In this document: piece by piece, positions 59,891 to 64,000 of the stretch
Position numbering within the stretch: position 1 is the first letter of the stretch
Layout: every line of letters starts with the position of its first letter
Source of the DNA: the human T2T-CHM13v2.0 reference genome, Homo sapiens
Length of the DNA stretch: 64,000 bases
NCBI RefSeq assembly: GCF_009914755.1
Contig: NC_060925.1
Strand: one strand, 5' to 3'
The notes under the pieces: generated by a model
Told to the model about the DNA's origin: nothing
The model's input: the letters and a program-made list of their open reading frames with translations, nothing else
The model's database searches: none
Made by a program: the position numbers and the translations under genes

Positions 59891-62011
59891 TCACACCCCT
59901 TTTTGCCTGGTTCTGAGATTATGCTTTTTCTGTGACATCATGCTGCTACAGACCATATAAATTTCCTGAACCCAACATGTTTAAAACTCCAGCATGGTAG
60001 TATAGAAGTTCACTGGTATACAAGTTCAAGTTATACCCTAACCTCTCTTACTCATGCTGAATCAGAACATCAAAAATGGCCTCTCAAGAGAATCCAAGTA
60101 AGGATAAGGCTTTGATTTTATCCGACAACTTACTACCTTTAGATGGTATGGATAGTAAGTTTTGCTATCTTCTCCTTTTGGGAAGACAGACAAGTATTAT
60201 GGACACTGCAGATGAATACAGTACAGCCTAGTGCAGGTGAATTTTGTTTTGTTTTGTTCAAAACAAGAAAGCAGAACAGAACCTTTCAGTCTCCCTGGTA
60301 GAAGATGCTCTCCTTAGCTCTTGTGCTGCCCCTCCCACAGACATTAATACCCAAGCTACATCCCTGGCATGGCTTACCCTCCTGCTCCTCCCTGCGCCTG
60401 TTCCTGTCCATCTCAAGACATCTCCAGTCACATCGGTCCAGGGCTGAGTGTGCTGAGGGGCTCAACTGCACTCCTACTCTCAGCCGTCATGAGTCACAAG
60501 ACTCACACCAGGGATGGAAGTAGAGGCGAGGAGGAGTGGGAGAGAGGAAAAGTTCAGAAGTCTAGGAAGAATGAGGCAGGCAGGAAAGAGGAGACTTCAT
60601 TGTTCTCTAATTCTGGGATGTGTGGGCCCAAGACAAAGGGCAAGAAAGTCCTTGTTGTTCCTCTGACCTTAGTGGGATGTAAGAAAATGGATTAATTTCT
60701 TTGGATTCATGTGAGAAGTCCTGGCTCTGTCAGCTGATCTTCAACTAGCATCTTTCAAAGCATGACTGATGGGAAAATGAGGACTGCCCTCAAAAGCTTC
60801 TCCAAGATCATGGGAGGCTGCCAATTGGAAGGTACCAGAAACCAACACAACTAAATTGCTCAGCACCCTGAACCTCTTTCCCCACCCACACTACTGATTT
60901 TTCATATACTTTCCAGCCTTCTATTCATCCGTCTCTTCAGCCAGGCAGGCAGGCAGGCAGGCATCCTCACTGAGTGCCTCCCAGGTGCCAGGTCTGTATT
61001 GGGCTGAGGAGGTACAATGGCAAGTTACACCTAACCCCTGGCTCCATGGAGGTTACAGTGCACACAGCAACTACCTCCTAGTGGGGGTTTAGTACATATT
61101 TGTTAAATAAATAACATGGAAACATATGAATAACTACAATATGGATTTATAAACCATATCTCCTGTCCTCTCCACTTATACAGATTATTTATATAGAGTT
61201 GCAGGATACATCAGTAGAAAAACCTCACTGGCTCTTAAGGTTGTCTGTTTTTCTCATTTTTTAAAGGTAATGAGTATGTAGCAATTTGGAGGTGGGAGCA
61301 AATACAATCCAATAGATAACATTTGCATTTTAAAAGGCATCTGAAATAAATAACATTTAGGCAGAAAAGACAACCTAAACAGATAGCACATGAGGAAAAA
61401 AATCCAAATAAATAACATTGAAGAATGTTAAGGCTGGAGATAGCCTTCCAAGAAAGCTAGTCCAGTAGTTCTGTTTTGAGTCACAGAATCCATTTCTGAA
61501 GACAGTGATGGATTCTCTCTTCAAATAATGCAACTGTGCACAAAGACAGTATATTTTGCACAGATTCCAGAGTCACAGACTCCCTGAAATTCATTTCAAG
61601 GACCTTCCTGACCTCAGTTTTAAATTTCTGGTGGGACTCATCACCTTCATCTCACTTAACAGGGACAGTGAAATGACTTGCTCAAGATCATCAGCCAGTT
61701 AGTGAAAACATTAGGCAGTTTGGTCTTAAGAAGGAACTCAGAAACCAGTTGCCTGAGTTCAAATTTTGCCTTTGCCATTTACTAGCGATTTGACCTCAAT
61801 ACATCATTTAACCTCCCCCTGCCTCTATTTGCTCATCTGTAAAATGGGGATAATAATAGTTAACCTACTTTGCAGGGTTATTGTGAGGATTAGGAATTAA
61901 TCCATGTTAAAAAAAAAAAAAAGTTGGAGCAGGGGTTGGTTAGCAAACTAGTTAGTTAAAGGCTAGATAAACAATTTAGGCTTTGTGTGCTAAGGATCAA
62001 AATTAAAGATG

Positions 62012-62645
62012 AGACTGGGTGCGGTGGCTCATGCCTGTAATCCCAGCAGTTTGGGAAGCTGAGGCGGGCAGTGGCTTGAACCCAGGAGTTCGAGACCAGC
62101 CAGGCAACATGGCAAAACCCTATCTCTACAAAAACTTTAAAATTTAGTCAGGTGTGGTTGTGTGTGCCTGCGGTCCCAGCTACTTGGGAAGCTGAGGTGG
62201 GAGGATCACTTAGGCCTGAGAGGTCGAGGCTACAGTGAGCCTTGTTGGCGCCACTGTGCTCCAGCCTGGGTGACAGAGCAAGACCCTGTCAAAAAAAAAA
62301 AAAAACAAATCAAGATAATTATGAAGTACTTATATAATTATTTAACAATGTAAACAACATCTCGGCCAGGCTCGATGGCTCACACTTGTAATCCTAGCAC
62401 TTTGGGAGGCCAAGGAGGGTGGATCACTTGAGCTCAGGAGTTTGAGACCAGTATGGACAACATGACAAAACCCCATCTTTAAAAAAATCCAAAAATTAGC
62501 CCAGCGTCGTGCCATGTGCCTGTAGTCACAGCTACTTGGGAGGTTGAGATGGGAGGTTGGCTTGAGCCCAAGAGGCGGAGGTTGCAGTGAAGTGAGTTGT
62601 GATTTTGTCCAGCCGGGTGACACAGCCAGACCCTGTCTCAAAATT
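62012..62645 (+). mobile_element. Two AluJ copies (62012-62310, 62364-62645) inside a MER58-like MITE (~61930-62710)
   Basis: Two forward Alus; MER58-type ends caggggttgg..caaacta and tagtttgctgaccct. Confidence 0.82.
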
Positions 62646-64000
62646 TAAAAGTGTCTCAGCCCATGGACCACACAAAAACAGAATTTGGCCAGTGTAGTTT
62701 GCTGACCCTTAGCTTAAAGCAGCACCTGGCACACAATAAATGCTCAATAAATGGTAGTTTCTATTATCCAAATCAGGGCTCTTTCGATTGCTCTGAACTG
62801 CTTATGCTCCATGTAACATAAATAACAGGAAACAAGGTGCGGGCTGACCAACTTAGCCAACCTGTTTGTTTAGACACAAGCCAAAGTTACCAAGATGTAA
62901 CGCGTCTCCGTGCTCCTCCCTGTATCAGAGCCTTCCTATTCGTGTCCTGCTCCAGTAGGTAAAGCAGCCAATGCTCTAACTGTTCTCAGGGAAGCCTCAA
63001 GTCAGGTGCCATATGAAGACAGGCGGGAGGAGCTGGAATGGTTTCTGGGCAGAGGTAGAGACCGGAGAAGAAGAGAGGGGCCCATCCCACAGCTCTGAGG
63101 TGTCCCAGACTCTGGAGCACTATGCTATCTTCCAGCTGTGGCATCCTGGCCACATCCTGCCTCTTGTACCTGTAGAAGGCCAGTTCTGTCCATCAGCCAC
63201 CTCCTGCTACTTTAGAGCAGCCCTGCCTGGGGCAGATCCAGACATAAATTCAACCACAGCTCTGAGTTAGAAGGGACCCCATCATCTACTTCCAATCACC
63301 CCATTTTACCAATAGGAAAATTAAGGCCTGGGTTGGAGAAGTGACTTGCCTGAGGCCGCATAGCAGGCACAGTTATGCTGGGATTAAAAACCCAGGCTCC
63401 TGCCTCCCAGGCCAGTGCTTTTTTCTTGCCTGAGTTCCTGCAGGTTTCTCTTTGGCGCATAATGGAAATACCAGTGGAGTTGTCTGGTGCAGTTTTTTAT
63501 GCTTATCAGAGAGCAGCTGGATTTGATGTAGATGCAGCCGTCTTCAGAGGGTATTCTCTTGTTTATCAACATTCCTTGAGCTCCTTCTATGTGCCAGGCT
63601 GTGTGCTGAGCACAAAAGATGAAAAGAGAGCCAATGTCTTCTTTCAAAGACTCAGTTTACAACTGGATGTGATTATTGTTTCTCATTGGTTGGTTTGCGT
63701 ATTTGTTTGTTCATTCAACAAACATTATTGAGCACATACTTTGTGTCAGGCATGGCACTAGATGCTGGGACTAAGCATTAGTAAAGCCTCTGCCTTTGCA
63801 AAAATTATGATCTAGTGAGAGAGATACACAATAAATGAAATAAACACAGAATAGTATGCACATAGGTGTTTGAAAACAAGTTCTCCAGGAGAAAAAAGAA
63901 AGTACCCTAATTTGTAGCCTTTGGTGATTTTCAAGTAGCTAGTCAATGGTGAAGTCAGGATTTGAACTCAAGCAACTGGTTTCTGAGTTCCTTCTTAAAA

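Overview
This is human (primate) genomic DNA matching the OMA1-TACSTD2 interval of 1p32. The left third holds the 5' part of OMA1 on the minus strand: a short non-coding exon 1 in a CpG island at ~20.7 kb and coding exons 2-7. These splice with canonical GT-AG sites into 405 uninterrupted codons, including the HEIAH zinc motif; the remaining exons lie off the left edge. TACSTD2 (TROP2), an intronless EPCAM-derived retrogene, lies at 50149-51120 on the minus strand in a second CpG island, with a TATA-like box, a strong Kozak context and tandem AATAAA signals. The rest is mostly transposon-derived: ~22 Alu/FLAM copies, three larger L1 pieces, a decayed ERVL (LTR16-type) provirus with protease and RT remnants, several solo LTRs with intact TSDs, DNA-transposon MITEs and a 7SL pseudogene. 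Many small MIR/L2 fragments are not itemised. I see no convincing new protein-coding gene or new multi-gene system, and nearly all other ORFs in the track are repeat or GC-content artefacts. The best leads are RNA-processing architecture in OMA1 (a recursive-splice-like exon 2 acceptor; four consecutive phase-0 exons bracketed by inverted Alus), two Alus of different subfamilies sharing one TSD, several local duplications, and an AP-1 motif cluster around TACSTD2. Repeat subfamily names are by-eye recognition and need RepeatMasker/Dfam confirmation.
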